This document shows, piece by piece, positions 1 to 15,621 of a stretch of 64,000 nt of DNA (positions are counted from its first letter, which is position 1; each line of letters starts with the position of its first letter). This DNA is from the human T2T-CHM13v2.0 reference genome, Homo sapiens, in NCBI RefSeq assembly GCF_009914755.1, contig NC_060926.1. One strand, 5' to 3'. A program made the position numbers and the translations under genes. Below the pieces are notes generated by a model. It saw nothing but the letters and a program-made list of their open reading frames with translations. It had not been told where the DNA came from and made no database searches.

Positions 1-866
1 TTGTGGTCAGTATGGTCTGGGCCTCCATGGTGGGGCAGTCAACCTTGCTGCGGATAAGAGTGGTGGGGATATCTGTGTCAGCTTACTCATCATCCAGGCC
101 TACCACATAGGCCATGCGGCCCGGCAGGAACAACTCATTCCGCTTATATGCTTGTTCTTAAAAAGCACTCGGTAAACATTGCGGCCCAGACGTGTTTTAA
201 ATTCAATTTTATTTTCAGGATCCTCATCTTTCTTGGTTTCTTTCTGGGGCTTTTCCATCAGTTCCTCTTCCTCTTTCTCTTTGCTGGCAATCTCAGCTCG
301 TACCTTTTGAAGCAGAGCAAAATCCAAGCCTTTCACCAAATGGGTGTGTTCCATGTCACCACCCAAGAATTTGGACTCCTGGATCAACTGTCTTCTCTTC
401 TCTGCAGCTGATTTGTCCGCCTTAGTAGTGGGGCCAACAGCCCTGTAGTTAGCTGTGGTGTTGATAAGCTCGGTTTCTTCATAATCTTTGTTCACTCCAT
501 CTCTCCGTTCCTTGGCACGACCCCGGTACTTCTCTGCTAGCTCTCTCTCTCTCTCAATTTCTTGTTGGCGTAGCTTAGCATAATAACTTTTCTTTTTCCT
601 CCTTCATGCAGCTGGGTCTTCATCCTCATTGTACTCCCTTGGCATCTCATGGTGACGTGACTTAGAAGGTGGTGCAGAGGTAGGTGCAGCCCTGGGGGTC
701 ATGAGAAGTTTCCTGAAGTCTTCATTGGTGAGTTTTGATTGGTGGAAGGAGTGAGGATCATCCACATCGTGGCCATCAGGGGCCAAAGGGTTGGAGAACG
801 GCTCACTATCTCGCTCCGGCATTTTGTTATCATTCTTCCGCTGTCATCAACAATCGAGTCTCCAAC
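1..866 (-). pseudogene. IK: Processed pseudogene of IK (RED protein / IK cytokine, spliceosome factor), 5' part; continues beyond the left edge of the window
   Basis: Minus-strand translation from ATG at 822 gives MPERDSEPFSNPLAPDGHDVDD...EDPAA*RRKKKSYYAKLRQQEIERERELAEKY...LGGDMEHTHLVKGLDFALLQKVR..., which I recognise as the IK/RED N-terminus. It is contiguous with no introns. Lesions: TGA at 604-606, 1-bp frameshift near 150, TAA at 83-85. About 44 nt of 5'UTR-like sequence lies at 823-866. Confidence 0.95.
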
Positions 867-2191
867 CTACTATCTGTGTTTCTTGTAGTTATATTTTTAT
901 TTGTCTGTCTTTGGATAAGATGCTGAGATCCAGTTTTCTTTTGGAAACTTAGTTGTCTGCATGGTAAGGAAAATGTGCCTGTCTTAATAGTTAATGATTA
1001 AGCTATTAATCTGGGGATATAAAAAATAAAAACCAATAAAATTTCATCAGTGATGTGGGAAGTGAAAATATCTGTTAGGTAATACAGAGATTGAACAATT
1101 TTAACTTTGTTTATTGGCCACACATTCCTTTCCTCCCTCTGACTTAGCTGATACGCTCCTTCCTTTATCTTCCCAATGAGTCGGCCACATTTATTAAGAG
1201 CCCACCATATTTTAAACGCAATGTATGTGCTGAGGGTAAATACAAAATAACCGGAAAATAAGGATAATTAGCTGGAGGAATTTATAATCTAGTTTCCTTT
1301 TTTTCCCCTTTGCTTTTCCCACTCAACCTCTTTCTTTGTTTTATTCCATTTAATTTTTCATTCCTGGGGTCTGCAAGCATTCTATATGACTGCCACATTC
1401 CCCTTTTTCTTTTATGTGCTCTTTATTTCATTCAGGAATACAGTTCAGGAATTTTCATTTGTAACTTTTTTTTAACATATGCCAGTGCTATATGACTATG
1501 CCAAATAAGTAAGATTATAAATATTTTAAGACAATTTTATAGGTGTTCATAACACTATAGGTATATGTAAAGATGTGTAAAAATTATATATGTATAAAAT
1601 CCTGAAGGGCTATGGATAGCTATGTGTTTCAATAATTGAAATAAACATTTATATATACTCTATGTTAAAATGACCAAATTAAGTGGTATTACTGATTAAA
1701 CATATGTAGTTGTTAATATATATTTATCCTTAGCCATTTTGATTACAGTTAATTTTAGGGACTAATTACAATAACGTTTGACAGCTTTAATTAGACCCCA
1801 TCCAAAAGTGCTGGGTCAACATGGATAAATAATTCTGAAAATACTCTTGATACACTTACAAACCTATAGGAATTACTGCTAAGACTTTGTCTACACTTAG
1901 CATTTCAGCATCCTATTTTCATTTTTACCACTAAAATTCCTTAAATCTGTTTTTGGTGGTTGACGGAAGAACTAATGTTAAGTAAAATAATATATCGTTT
2001 GCAAATATTTTGAGCAGCTAATTAACAATGTTCTAGATACACCCAAACCAACGAATAAAAAATTCTCTTTCTCACTTTCTTTCTCTTATCTTTTTTTTAA
2101 AATTCATTTTTTAAAATTTTATTTTTCCATAAGTTATTGTTATTAGAGTGCAGGTTGTATTTGTTTACACGAGTAAGTTCTTTAGTGGTGA

Positions 2192-2616
<425 letters not shown>

Positions 2617-2797
2617 CATTGTATCATTCTTATGCCTTTGTGTCCTTGTATCTTAGCTTCCACATATCAGTGAAAACATACCATGTTTGGTTTTCCATTC
2701 TTGAGTTACTTCACTTAGAATAATAGTCTCCAGTCTCATCCAGGTCATTGCAAATGCTGTTAATTCATTCCTTTTTATGGTTGAGTAGTATTCTATT

Positions 2798-2835
<38 letters not shown>

Positions 2836-2847
2836 ATATATATATAT
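2798..2847. repeat. (TG)n/(TA)n microsatellite within L1
   Basis: Direct reading. Confidence 0.9.
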
Positions 2848-4142
2848 CACAGTTTCTTTATCCACTTGTTGATTGATGGGCATTTGGGTTGGTTCCACGA
2901 TTTTGCAGTTGTGAATTGTGCTGTTATAAACGTGTGTGTAAGTATCTTTTTTGAATAATGACTTCTTTTCCTCTGGGTAGATACCCAGTAGTATGATTGC
3001 TGGATCAAATAGTAGTTCTACTTTTAGTCTCTTATATTCTCAGTGGAGAAGAAGCAGAAAGGATTGAAGGGGTGGGATGACGACTTTATAAACCGATAGA
3101 TTCTCAAAATGCCTCCCCTTATGCATCTATACTATCTATTCAACTCAACTTAGTTATATGGCATTGTGTTAGGTCATGATGGAAGAGAGGCATTGGTCAA
3201 AAAATAAACAAAATTAATAGAAATGCAATCAAATTTGCAAGTTTACTATGGTTAAACATAAAATATAATAATTATAAAGTTATTAAAAATGAACATTCTA
3301 GATATTAGAAGACATTTGTTTAGAAATACATATTAACTAATAAATGCTATACAGTACCTCCTGCTTCGTGCAAAAGTCTACGCCATCTACCCATCAGATG
3401 AGTAGCCATACAGTTAAAATATTCTCAACCTAATCTTAAAAGGATAATGCTTAACATTAGAAAAAATCTTGAAATTGTCAAACATTAGAGGAGGGGGAAA
3501 GTGTTACACAATTTGCATTATAATTTAAAATAGAGGAAGACTTTTTTAATTTGAAAAAGAAAATATAAATTAATTTATTTTGAATATGGTTATGTTCTTC
3601 AAGTAAGCTGAAAAACAAAAACAAAGAGACAAAGCCCTAAAGCCATGAAAAGGCCCTCTTCTCATGGTGACCTTGACAAAGCAATGTTGTCTCCCAATAG
3701 TCAACAAAGGGCATAGGGAATGTCTGCGTCAGGGTTAATCTGGGTGGACAAGGCAAGGTGTTTCTTGATGGTTTCTGAATGGAAGGTAATTTTGACGAAT
3801 ATTCTGTTTGGTTAACCTGATCAAAGCAACAACGTGGGACTCACATTTAACAAGTTGATAAGAATAAGTTAATGTGTTGGAGCCAGCATTTGTGACACTG
3901 AAATGAAAGTGTTTGGAGAGGAGGAAATTAGAGCCATGATTAGCTAGCAAAACAAGACCAAAATAGACTATCCTGATATTGGATATATTTTTTCTCAAAA
4001 AAGTATCTTTTTATTACAAAGTAATAAATAGTCCATGCAAAAAATTTTTAATGATACAGGAGTAGTGACCTGCCTCTCAAAGGCAATCACTCTATTTTGG
4101 TATACATCATTTCAGATGTGAAAACGTATCTACAAGGTCAGA

Positions 4143-4330
4143 AGTATATATATACACATACATATACGCACATATACATACATATACTTTTCATATAAAG
4201 TATTTCTATGTTTTCATATTTCTATATATATTTATATATACATTCATATATATGCATTCATGTGAATGTATATGTAAATAAATCTGAAAGTATATATAAA
4301 CAAACGTATAAATATATTCATATATAGTAT
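4143..4330. repeat. TA/CA-rich low-complexity tract
   Basis: Degenerate (TA)n/(CATA)n. Confidence 0.7.
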
Positions 4331-4870
4331 AGTATCTAAATCAGTTTCATCTTAAAAATAGTTGTATGTATTCCATTGTCTAAATGCATCATAATTAAAT
4401 TAGCCAACCGGATGTAATTTTAATTAAGTTTACATTGACTCTATTAAAAATGTGTTTTTATTAGCTTTGTCTGAATTATGATTTTGGTGATCTATGACCT
4501 CTATGTCTCCATTACCCTGATTAACTAAAAATGGACTGCATATTATTAGAAAATGTCATAGGAGGCAGCATTTAAAATTAACTTTTAAGGTAAACTAAAA
4601 ATCAAAAGACCTGGATTTTATTTCTAGCTTCAAGACTTAGATATTATGTAAATTAATTAAAACAATTTCAACAGTAGCAAACATATGGCAGATCTGGGGT
4701 TACGAATTTATTCTACAGGATTGTTTTAAATTTTTAAAGGAATACAGAGACATGTTGGTTGACAGCAACTCTCACAAAACTTTTCTAGGAAGTAGAATTA
4801 AGGCTCCAGCCAGAGTGACCATGAGTTTAAACCAGAGAAACATTTTTAATGTTATATACCTTTATATTAA

Positions 4871-5319
<449 letters not shown>

Positions 5320-8300
5320 AACTTACTTCCCTTTTAAAGCATCTTCAGTATTTTTTATTCCTTTAGATTCCTTCTCTTATTGTGTATTTTTGTTAGTGTT
5401 AAGCTTTCTTATATTAATTTCGTTTCCACAGTTCAATGAATTCTGAAACATAGGTTACTTCTGGATACCCTGTCCATGGTTACAGTTTTGGATTCCATTT
5501 GTTTTCCTCTAGATGACATTGATGGATAGGTAGCCCAGTAAGCTTTTCGTATTCTGGCATTGTTTTCTCTGTAGAGATTACTATCACATTTAATTTGATA
5601 ATTTTTAAATAGTTTTTATCACCTGCTATATCCTTCTCTAGCTTTCTTTATATAGTATTACAAGCATTAATATATTAATATGTATATCCTATCCATCTAC
5701 CTTCATGCAAGTGTTATATGTATGTGTTTGTGTGTGCATGTGTATATATATATATACACACCTATACATATATATACTACGTGAATTATAAATGTATGCA
5801 TAGATAGATGTGATTCAGTTTCACTTTCTTTGTTGTGGATGACATAATTGTGTGCTCTCCTGTGGTGATATTCAAGTTCTGGTTTCATTTAGAGGATTAG
5901 GGTTGTTTTCTTTTTTTTGTTGGTATATATTTAGGCCCTTTCCTCACTGGCAAATTACATAAGCTCAAGTTCTATAGGCAAACCAGTTTCAAGAAAACTG
6001 GGGATACTTTGTACATTTTTAAATTATGTGTTTAGAGCTTAAAAACGGGGCATAATAATTTCTAAAGTATCCCTTTTTTGTATGCTTTGATAAGTACCAT
6101 GCATAATATTGGATTTTATATACATTTTAAGGCTCTGATTCATAATGTAGATTGCAATTTAATAGAAAATTTAATTTTGTTAGAAGATATACTAAATATT
6201 TGATAGATGTCCTGAAGACAAATGTTGTGTGCTAAAAAGAGAGTCATAGTTTAGCAAAGATTAAGACAGAGCTGATTTCCCTGCCTATTAGTTGTGAGCT
6301 GAGCGGATTACAGGGGAGTATCCATTCCTTCAGGGAAGTCTAACTGGTACGATGTAATTTACTTTGGATTTTCAATATCTTTTGCTTACTTCATCTCCTA
6401 AAAGGATAACTTTGAAAGTAAATTGCAAAAGCGACCATATTAGACCCTTCTGATGAAGAATTAGAAAAACAGATCAATATTAGGTGAAGTGTGTATTTTT
6501 CTAAATCAGTATTAGCATGGCAACCAAGAAGTGATTTATATGCTTAAAATACAAATTAATCATCAATAGAGTTCTTACATCATTATTTACAGTTAAAATA
6601 TTCAGGAGTCATAATTTAGAAAAAAAGGTATTTTAAGCTCCCCGTGACCTGATGATCACAATATTTGGCCATTTAGCATTGCTCTTGCAAGGTGGTGTCC
6701 TGCATGTAAAATCATATGCAGATGCAAATGTTCAGATTTTACAAATTGTAATAAATCCTGTAATTATGAGGCATAGTTAATTAGCCTCCTATGAACTGAA
6801 AGGCATTGTTAAGTACCCTAAGTGTCCTTCCAACATATGGGATGCACTGTATGTAGGGTGAAAGGATTCCTCCCCGCAATAATCTTTCAGTTCTTGTCCT
6901 TTCTCCTAGGTGACAATTCCATAATGCATCTATCTACTCAGAACTGAACTGAGACCTCCTATCCATTTTGCATAGGACACTGGACAGGCATTAAAATGGA
7001 AACAATATTTTTTCCCTCTTGATGCAGAGGAGATTTAAATTGGTACCCTGGAGGTAAAAAGGGCATAGCTCATCACCCAGTGCCCAGGCTGTAGGGGATT
7101 TTTTTTAAATAGTAAGTACAAGAACATGATTTTCCTTTCTCAGTTTTTGGGAATACAGTCATTTAGAAAATATTTTATTAGTATAATTGCTTATATGAAT
7201 CATAACCTTTCAAATACTCTAATTTTCATGGATCCATTTTAAACATTGATTATTTAAGTTCTGAAAAAAAGGTGTGAGTGTGTGTATGCGTGTATTTCTG
7301 GATTTATTGTAATACAATCGTGAACTTCCATATAAATAAAGTGAAGTAAAGATTTAGAGCATTCAAATCAAAGTTTTTATTACTTACGTAAATACAAGTT
7401 TTTATTACTTACAAAAGTATTTGTATCTGTTATGGCTACAAGTTTCTATTTTATTTTTCTGTAGCCTCAGTTTTCGTTAGTTGCATTTTTTTATCTCGAA
7501 CTAAAAAATTCAATATTCATCTAATGCATGCACATTTGGAAGATTATTTTACAGAATCAGTCTGTAGCTACAGTTTCTGTGTCTATAGATGGACAAGTTG
7601 AACCAGACAGCCACTTCATGATTCTATGAAATTTGAGACTGAAGCTTCCTGCCTTTTTAATGATCTGAGAATGAAGGCAAATTAAAATAATTTCTTTGAA
7701 ATTAAATTGCATTTTCAGAAATAATTCTAAATATTATAACACCAGATCTTCCACTTCCTAATTCTCTGACATGTACCAGCACCACTGCCTACTGTAGGTG
7801 TGTTCCTTCTGAACTTTGCTATACAGGCCTAAGACCAGCACTTAAATACTTACAAATTGAATTGCACTGTGTTAGAAACTGGCTTGATAAAATAAATTAC
7901 TATATCTTGTAGGTTAAGATTTGAGTTCTGCAATTGTAGCTGTTACAAATTACCTGAAAACCTTTTTATATTGCATTTCTTAAGGCTGTATTTTACAATT
8001 GCTCTAATAAAAAATTCTATACAAAAATTGTTTGATATTAATAGCAATCATTAACAACTTGATAGATTCTTAAGTATATTTGCAATACATTTAATCTTAT
8101 TAAACTCAGCCTTGAGTTGTTTCTTCCAAATATTATAGGTCTTTATGAAGCTAGCAATATAAAGAAGAGATTTCAACCATTTTCGGCCAAAAATTAGGTT
8201 TAGCTTAATGGATCAATTTTTTTCTTATTAAACTGCATCTGACCAGTGCCAAGTAATACATTCAGCATTGATCTTTGTCTCACCCTGCTGTAGCTTGCAT

Positions 8301-9269
8301 TCTCTTTATGTACATGAAAAATAAGGTGCCAGGAATGAAAACAATGCCTGTATAATACAAATATAGAATTTTTCTCAGACTTCCATTCAGTTTATCATTT
8401 CACTTTGTTATTAATGCTTTGCCTGCTGCTTTTCAGAAATGTGTTTTTAAAAAGCACATTTATTTCCATAAAGAATGCTTTCTTCTGTTGTAATTATAAA
8501 AAACATACACCATATACTGGAGTACATCAATTGTTTCAGGGGCATGGAGAAAATATATGAGCCCCATTCACATGTGCAAACAGCCTGTTCTAAATGTGGA
8601 GCCCTCCAGGGACTTGACCCAGTAACTCCAGGGATCTGAAGCCTACTGGTTAGAACTGGGGCTTGAATTTGAAGTTGTGTTTTTCTTTCTGTAAAAATAG
8701 AAAGAGAAATCAAAATGGAACCAGGTTTTAATAGATACAGAGTGTGCACCTGACAAATTTGAAGTGATGTCGGTGCTTCTGTGAACTTCTCAGTGTTTGT
8801 GACACCTATAGTCATAACAGTAGCCCCCAGACCTCTTCATACTACTCCTCTCCTGTCTTTTTTCCATCCTAATACATTCTGTATACTTCTTGGGAGAATC
8901 TTATATCATTGCCTCAACTTGGAACTTCCACTTTGCTTTAAAGTTTTATTGGCTCTTTATTGCCTTAAAAGGCAGAATTGAACCACCACACCTGGGCACT
9001 TAAGACTCTGGGGAATTGGGTTTTAACCCGACTTGTTGCCCTTGCCTTACACTTTCCCTACACAAATCTTTGAATTACTATGTTTCCAAATACACCTTGT
9101 GCATTTCTTTGCTCACACTTTTCCCCTTGTTAAAATGCCCTTTAATTCTCCCTTCCCCTTTTCCACCTGTCCAGTTTCTATCAGTCCTTCAAGTTCCAAT
9201 TTCGTATGTCACCATTGCTTCAAAATGTTAGCTCCTCACTCTGCACAAACTGGGTTTTAAATGAAAAAG

Positions 9270-9480
9270 TAAGCTTTGGAGTCTAACAAATTTGGTTGGA
9301 ATACAAAACAGACAAGCTGCATGACCTTGGTCAATTTAGTTAACTCTAATTTAGTAACTTCATTTACTCCAACTTTGAAAGTGGCAATTTTAATATTAAT
9401 TCTGTATTGTTGTGAGAATTAAATGTATTTATATAATAATCTTGGCAAATGGTTGGCATCTGATAAATAATAATAGTTTT
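9270..9480 (+). mobile_element. MIR fragment
   Basis: gctttggagtc...gctgcatgaccttgg...ttgtgagaattaaatg resembles the MIR core; boundaries approximate. Confidence 0.55.
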
Positions 9481-10437
9481 CTTTCTTCTCCCCTGAGGTC
9501 CTGTAGTCTGGACCATTTATTTGGTACACACTGTTGACATGTTGCAATAATTTTTTTTATTTATCTGTAGTTACCATCTCATCAACTGATTTTTAAGGTT
9601 CCTTTTCCATGGTGATGGTGCCATATATTACTTTGTATCTGTCATAATGTAAAGCACAGATTCATGCATACTAGACATGATTTGATTAACTTGTTATATT
9701 TTTTCTCAACAATAAAGAAAAATAGTATCTTTCTTCTCCATTGTCTTTCCACATATTGTCCCTTGTCAACATCAGGAGTCAGTCTCGGAATTCTTATAAT
9801 TTGTTTTAGATTTTTCTTTTAATTAGTCTCTTTTAAAAAGGGAATGATACTTGATGGATGCCTAGAGCCCCTAAAGAGTGACAACTAATATGAGACAAGG
9901 GCAAGTGTCTTTCCGTTTGAACCATGTGGCTTCATTCTGTTTTGCCAGCAGTGAAATGGTGATTTGATTTCAAGTCCTAGATAAGGCATCTTGGATTGGA
10001 ACATAGTTGTAATGTGGGACACACTCTTGTCTCTCTGATTGGTGATGGGAGGTGATAATCCGTAGAAGGCTTGTATTTTCTGGGCTTGGAAACTGTGGGG
10101 TATATAAAGCTATAACCTTTCCCATGATGAGATGGCAGTGCTTTGTATCAGCATCTCAGGTACTCTCAAGAATATAGGAAATCGACTTGGGCAATTCTTT
10201 GTAACAGCTTCATGAGTTACAGCAGTTAAAAGTATGTTTTTTGGGAAATATATGTCTTAAAGTTGGGCTTCTTAGTGGTTATAACTTATATAAATACCAG
10301 AGGCATACACCATTCATAATTCCATCCAAGGCAACCAAGGTGCGAACATGTTTTCTTTGTAGACACATGAATGCAAACATACCATAAATACATGTACACA
10401 TGCATACCACTAGAGTAGCATCGAAAATGAAATATGC

Positions 10438-10798
<361 letters not shown>

Positions 10799-11299
10799 CT
10801 AAAGGTTCCATCCTAAGTCTTTGAGTGATCAGTATAGTCCTAAAAGTATCCTAAAATGAGTATATGTCATGGATTAAAGGCAAACCAAAACACACACAAA
10901 AAGGGTATGATTTTTGGAGTAATATATACCATAAAAAACAATGTTAATATTGAATATGTATGAGTTTCGTCATAAGTGCTCCTTAGTCTTTCCTAACTCC
11001 GAAATAAATTTTAATTTTTAAAAAGGAAAGTATATAAAACCTGCCTTTTTAAAATTTAAGAATAAAAGAAAAAAGTTAAACTATTACAATGCAATTCATA
11101 TTTTTATACTACATTTTAGGTTTCAGTTTTGCAGTAAACACAAATGAGAAAAATGTTTTTAAGGCTAGTAAGGGAAAACATCTTATGTCTTCATGACATT
11201 TTGCCAGGGAAAAATTGTATACATTAAAATTTCAAATAACTGGCATTCAGTTAATTGGCATTCTTGATTAATTTTCATTAAAAGTAAAAATAACACCTG

Positions 11300-12780
11300 T
11301 ATTTATTTTTAAAATTTAAATTGTACAGAAGGGACAAAAATGAAAAGTAAAAGTTTCTCTCCACTCGCCACTGGAAATCACTTAGGTCATTTATTTTACC
11401 TGCCCTCTTTCTTTCCCTTCTGCGCTCCTGCTATCTCTCTCTTTTTCTGTCTCCCTCCCGTTTTGTTCTATTCAATTGTATTGTGAGGTGGTAAAATTAT
11501 TTATTTTCTAACTTATCAATCTTAGGCTACTCATATGATGGCCTACTGTGAAGGGCACATCCATTTTACACCATCACCACCTTCCATATCCTCCAACTTT
11601 TCTGCATTCTGATTTGTGTTAAGTTTTATAACATATACATTCTACTCTGTAGCCATAGTGAAGCCTTCCTCTACTTTTAAAAACCACAGGACAATTCTAC
11701 ACATTTTAACCCAGTAAAACAGTATTATGTTGTGTAAATGTTATTCAATGAAGAGCCAAGCATTTTGGTTGGACTTTGGCAAAGTAAAGATAATACTATC
11801 TCACTAAACTTCCAACTGCTGCAAAAGGAATTCCAAACTTCCAGGTTCAGTGGAAATATATATTTAAAATTCAGAAGTCTTTTTTTTTTAATTTCCAGAA
11901 TGTGTGTCTATTTATTTATTTATTTATTTATTTATTTTCAAAGGCAGCCTATTCTTTTTAATGGATACCAAATTCTTTCAAATTCTTTCTGAAGATACTA
12001 GTTATAATTTTAAAAGCTTTCCTTGCTGAATGATATCTTTTCGGCATTAACTCTTCTGTTCTATGAATTCTTCTAGGCTCTTTTCTTTTGTGCTCTTGGT
12101 GTCTCTCAAATATGATCTTGGAGCTGTGTTTTCTGCGTAGCTGTGTAGGTAAGCAGCAGCGGGTGGAGTGTTTGCCAGGTTTTTCTGGAGGAGGTGTGTG
12201 TGAGGAGCAGGCAGACACCCTGGGAACCCCCACAACTGGCGAATAAGAATATTTATTTTGGCCTTGGAGCACTTTAATCCTTGTGTGTTCTCCTCAGTTT
12301 CTGGGGTGAAAGTCTAATATTACATCAAGCTCCCCATGCTTCCCTCTCAGCCCCCAGTCCCTCACCAGGCTTACTTATCAGCCATATCATACACTTTCTT
12401 TCGAAAGCAATTCTTGGGGTTCTCTGTGGGGGAAACCCCAGAATTTTTAAACCTAGATATTGCTGTTATTCATTTTACACACTGAAGAGGGAGAGTCGAG
12501 AGAAAGATCTGTATGGTTCAGCTGCTCAGAATGTAATTCTTCAGTTCCCCTCTGCTGACAGCCCCACAGCCCCTACTCCGAACTTGTTGACTCAACTTGA
12601 ATTGATGTTTCCTTTGATGTTTTGGGTTGCAGTTTTCCCTCTAGTCTTCTCTCCTCTAATTTACTTCCACTGTCTTTGAATCAGTTTCCTCTGAATTTAT
12701 GATTTTCTTCTGTGTTGCTTTCTTATTTGCCAGAACTCTTAAGAGGTTTTATTCTTCAGGAAAAAAAAATCTCTCATTTC
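11300..12780 (-). mobile_element. Highly diverged old L1M(E) fragments
   Basis: T-rich plus strand with L1M-like phrases; boundaries uncertain. Confidence 0.35.
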
Positions 12781-13186
12781 AGTGGGACTTGGAAAGGAAG
12801 GATAAGTGGAAATAAATGCTTGATTTGCTTTCTCAAGCTGGAATCAAGGTTAAGGGCTGATCTAACACAACTGTGCTTTAGAAGGATGACTGCCAGTAAA
12901 TGGAGGGTAGTGAGAGGAGAAACTGAGGCTGGGAGACTGGTTAGGAGGGTGCAACACTAGTTTGTGTGCAAGATGATGAGAGTTCCCAGTAGGACAGTTG
13001 CAGCAATAGAAAAAGATGAAACTATATTGGATAGTTTAAAAATTATTCTTTAACTTTAAGACCCGTAAGAAAGTAACCCTATGTACTAAAACAAAAAATT
13101 CCAGGGAATATCCTGGAAACAGTACACATGTCAAACCTTTATGTGTACTGTTCTGGACAATGAGCGATGATGTTTAATGATCATGA

Positions 13187-13557
<371 letters not shown>

Positions 13558-15469
13558 TCAGACTGCATTTTCTAGGACAGACATGAAGAACATTTTCTAC
13601 CAGGCTAAAAGAATAAGACTTTAAAATAATGTTGTTTTCTAGTTGTACAGAAACTTCAGTTAACCAGGCTTCAAGAATTCAGGGAACTTGCATCTGTTTT
13701 TTTGTTTGTTTGCTTATTTGTTATTTTGAAGTCAGAAAAAGGGTATTATGAAAATGCTACCTTTATTCAGTTATGTGACTAAAACTTATATTTGAGAGAA
13801 TTAAGAATTACCTTGCTTTTAGGGCAAGCAAAGATAGATTAGCGAGATTGCAAGGCAACTGAACCTCATTTATTTTTTTCAGTACTGGTCTGTGTTTCTG
13901 CTTGTATTAGAATTAAAAAGAATCTGAACAAATGCTTAAAACAATTTCTCTAGTTTCTTTGATGGTGTTAGCAGATGCTTCATATTTTAATGGATTATAT
14001 AAATTGTGAGCATTAGAAAAGCAGTGAAGAGGAATGGAACTAGATCACATTTAGTATGATTATCATTATACTCATCCAGTCAGAGGAAAAATAGACCAAT
14101 CCTACATATTATGGGTCTACTAAAAATGCAACTTTGTCAAGGAAATTTTTTGTTTCCATAATGGTTCTGTAGTTACTTCATCACAATGTAAAATGGTGTG
14201 GGCACAGTTATTAACTATATTCCCAGTGAAGTATACATTTATTTCCTTTGCAGATGTGCACTTCATAATTTTTTCTGTTTATAATTTGTGTATTGCCACA
14301 CAATTCCCTTTTCTCTTAATAACAAAATAAGCACAGGATGATTCATAAAAGTTTTGAGCCTTTTTTCTTTCTTTTATTAGATCATTAAGAATATTCTAAT
14401 AGACTCTTTTCTTCAGAGAAAATCTATTTCCATAGATTTCTGTGTGTTGTTAGGGAGTGTTTTCTTTCGTTTACTCATCTTTTGTGGGTTTTTTTTTTCC
14501 TGCTCTTTGTGTTTATTTCAGTCAATAAATAGATGAAAAGAAAATGCTGCATAACAAAATGCAAAGTGTATTTTTGTTTGCTAGTTGATAAATTAGGAAG
14601 ATGTGGGGAACGAAAAATTATAACCTGCATTTGCAAGACACTTTAAAAAACTTTCAAAAGCAGCACATGTATACGATGTCCCATGCTGTCTCTAATGGTC
14701 CTGTGAGTTAGTGGGCTAGGTAGTGCTTTCCTAGGATGAGGAAGCCCATTTGCAGAGAGTTTAAGTGACTAATCCAAAGACCTATAGCTGATTGTGGTGC
14801 AGACAAGTCTTGATTCACATCTTCTAATCCTCCTTTTGGGAATTACCCTTGACTATGAATAAAGCACAATAGCAAGTCTATAACTGGTAATAAATGCACA
14901 AAGAAAGAAATAAACAAAGTATTTATTCTTTTCAGCAATCTTCCTAATTGATACTAAGTCCCAGTATCATTATATTGGTTGTTTGTGCAGATATGTTGAT
15001 TGACAATCTGCAGTGATTATTAAAGTGGCCAAAATAAACAGATTAATTATGTGTTATCCTTCGTGACACATGCAAACACATGGCCAACATTATGGAATGT
15101 AGAAACCACAGAAAGCCTCAGTGAGACTTTGTCCAACACCCTGCTTTTAAACATAAAGAGACCAAAGCTTGTAAAGGCCCAGTGTTCAGAACCACGGTCT
15201 TAGATTTATTAATAAAAATTTAGGTTTCCTTACTTGCTCCCAACCTAGGAGTCAGATCTTGTCCTTAGTCGTATCTTCTCCTTTACACACTAATAATTCC
15301 CCATATCATTAAAGAAGTGGAGCACTTGACAAAGAAATTTCTACCTCTAATAAGCCATTAATGAGATGGAAATGCAATAGGATTTCTGATCTTTTCTCCC
15401 CAAAAAGAAAAAAATGGTAAATTGGAAGGGAGTGTGTGGAAGAATAAAACAGAGATGTATTCTAGGCCC

Positions 15470-15621
15470 CTGTTACACAAAATGTAGGCCAGGAACCAGC
15501 AACAGCAGTATCACCAGCAGCTGGTGAGAAATGCAGAATGTCTGGCTCTAGCTCAGACCAGTCAGAATCTGCAAGATTCCTGTATGATTTGTATGTACAT
15601 TAAAGTTGAGAAGCACTGCTC
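15470..15621. mobile_element. MER5-type hAT-Charlie MITE
   Basis: ...agaaatgcagaat...cagaatctgca...tacattaaagttgagaagcactg resembles the MER5A/B consensus and terminus. Confidence 0.7.

Noticed and set aside
100-495. 131-aa ORF (MNKDYEETEL...) as a functional gene
   Set aside because: It is an internal piece of the IK pseudogene: it starts at a GTG after the premature stop and ends in frameshifted sequence.
2653-2898. 81-aa ORF resembling a real protein
   Set aside because: It is an L1 ORF2 C-terminal remnant interrupted by a microsatellite.
6405-6486. Exon-like stretch encoding LDPSDEELEKQINIR
   Set aside because: Weak splice sites, a stop immediately after, no recognisable homolog and no partner exons.
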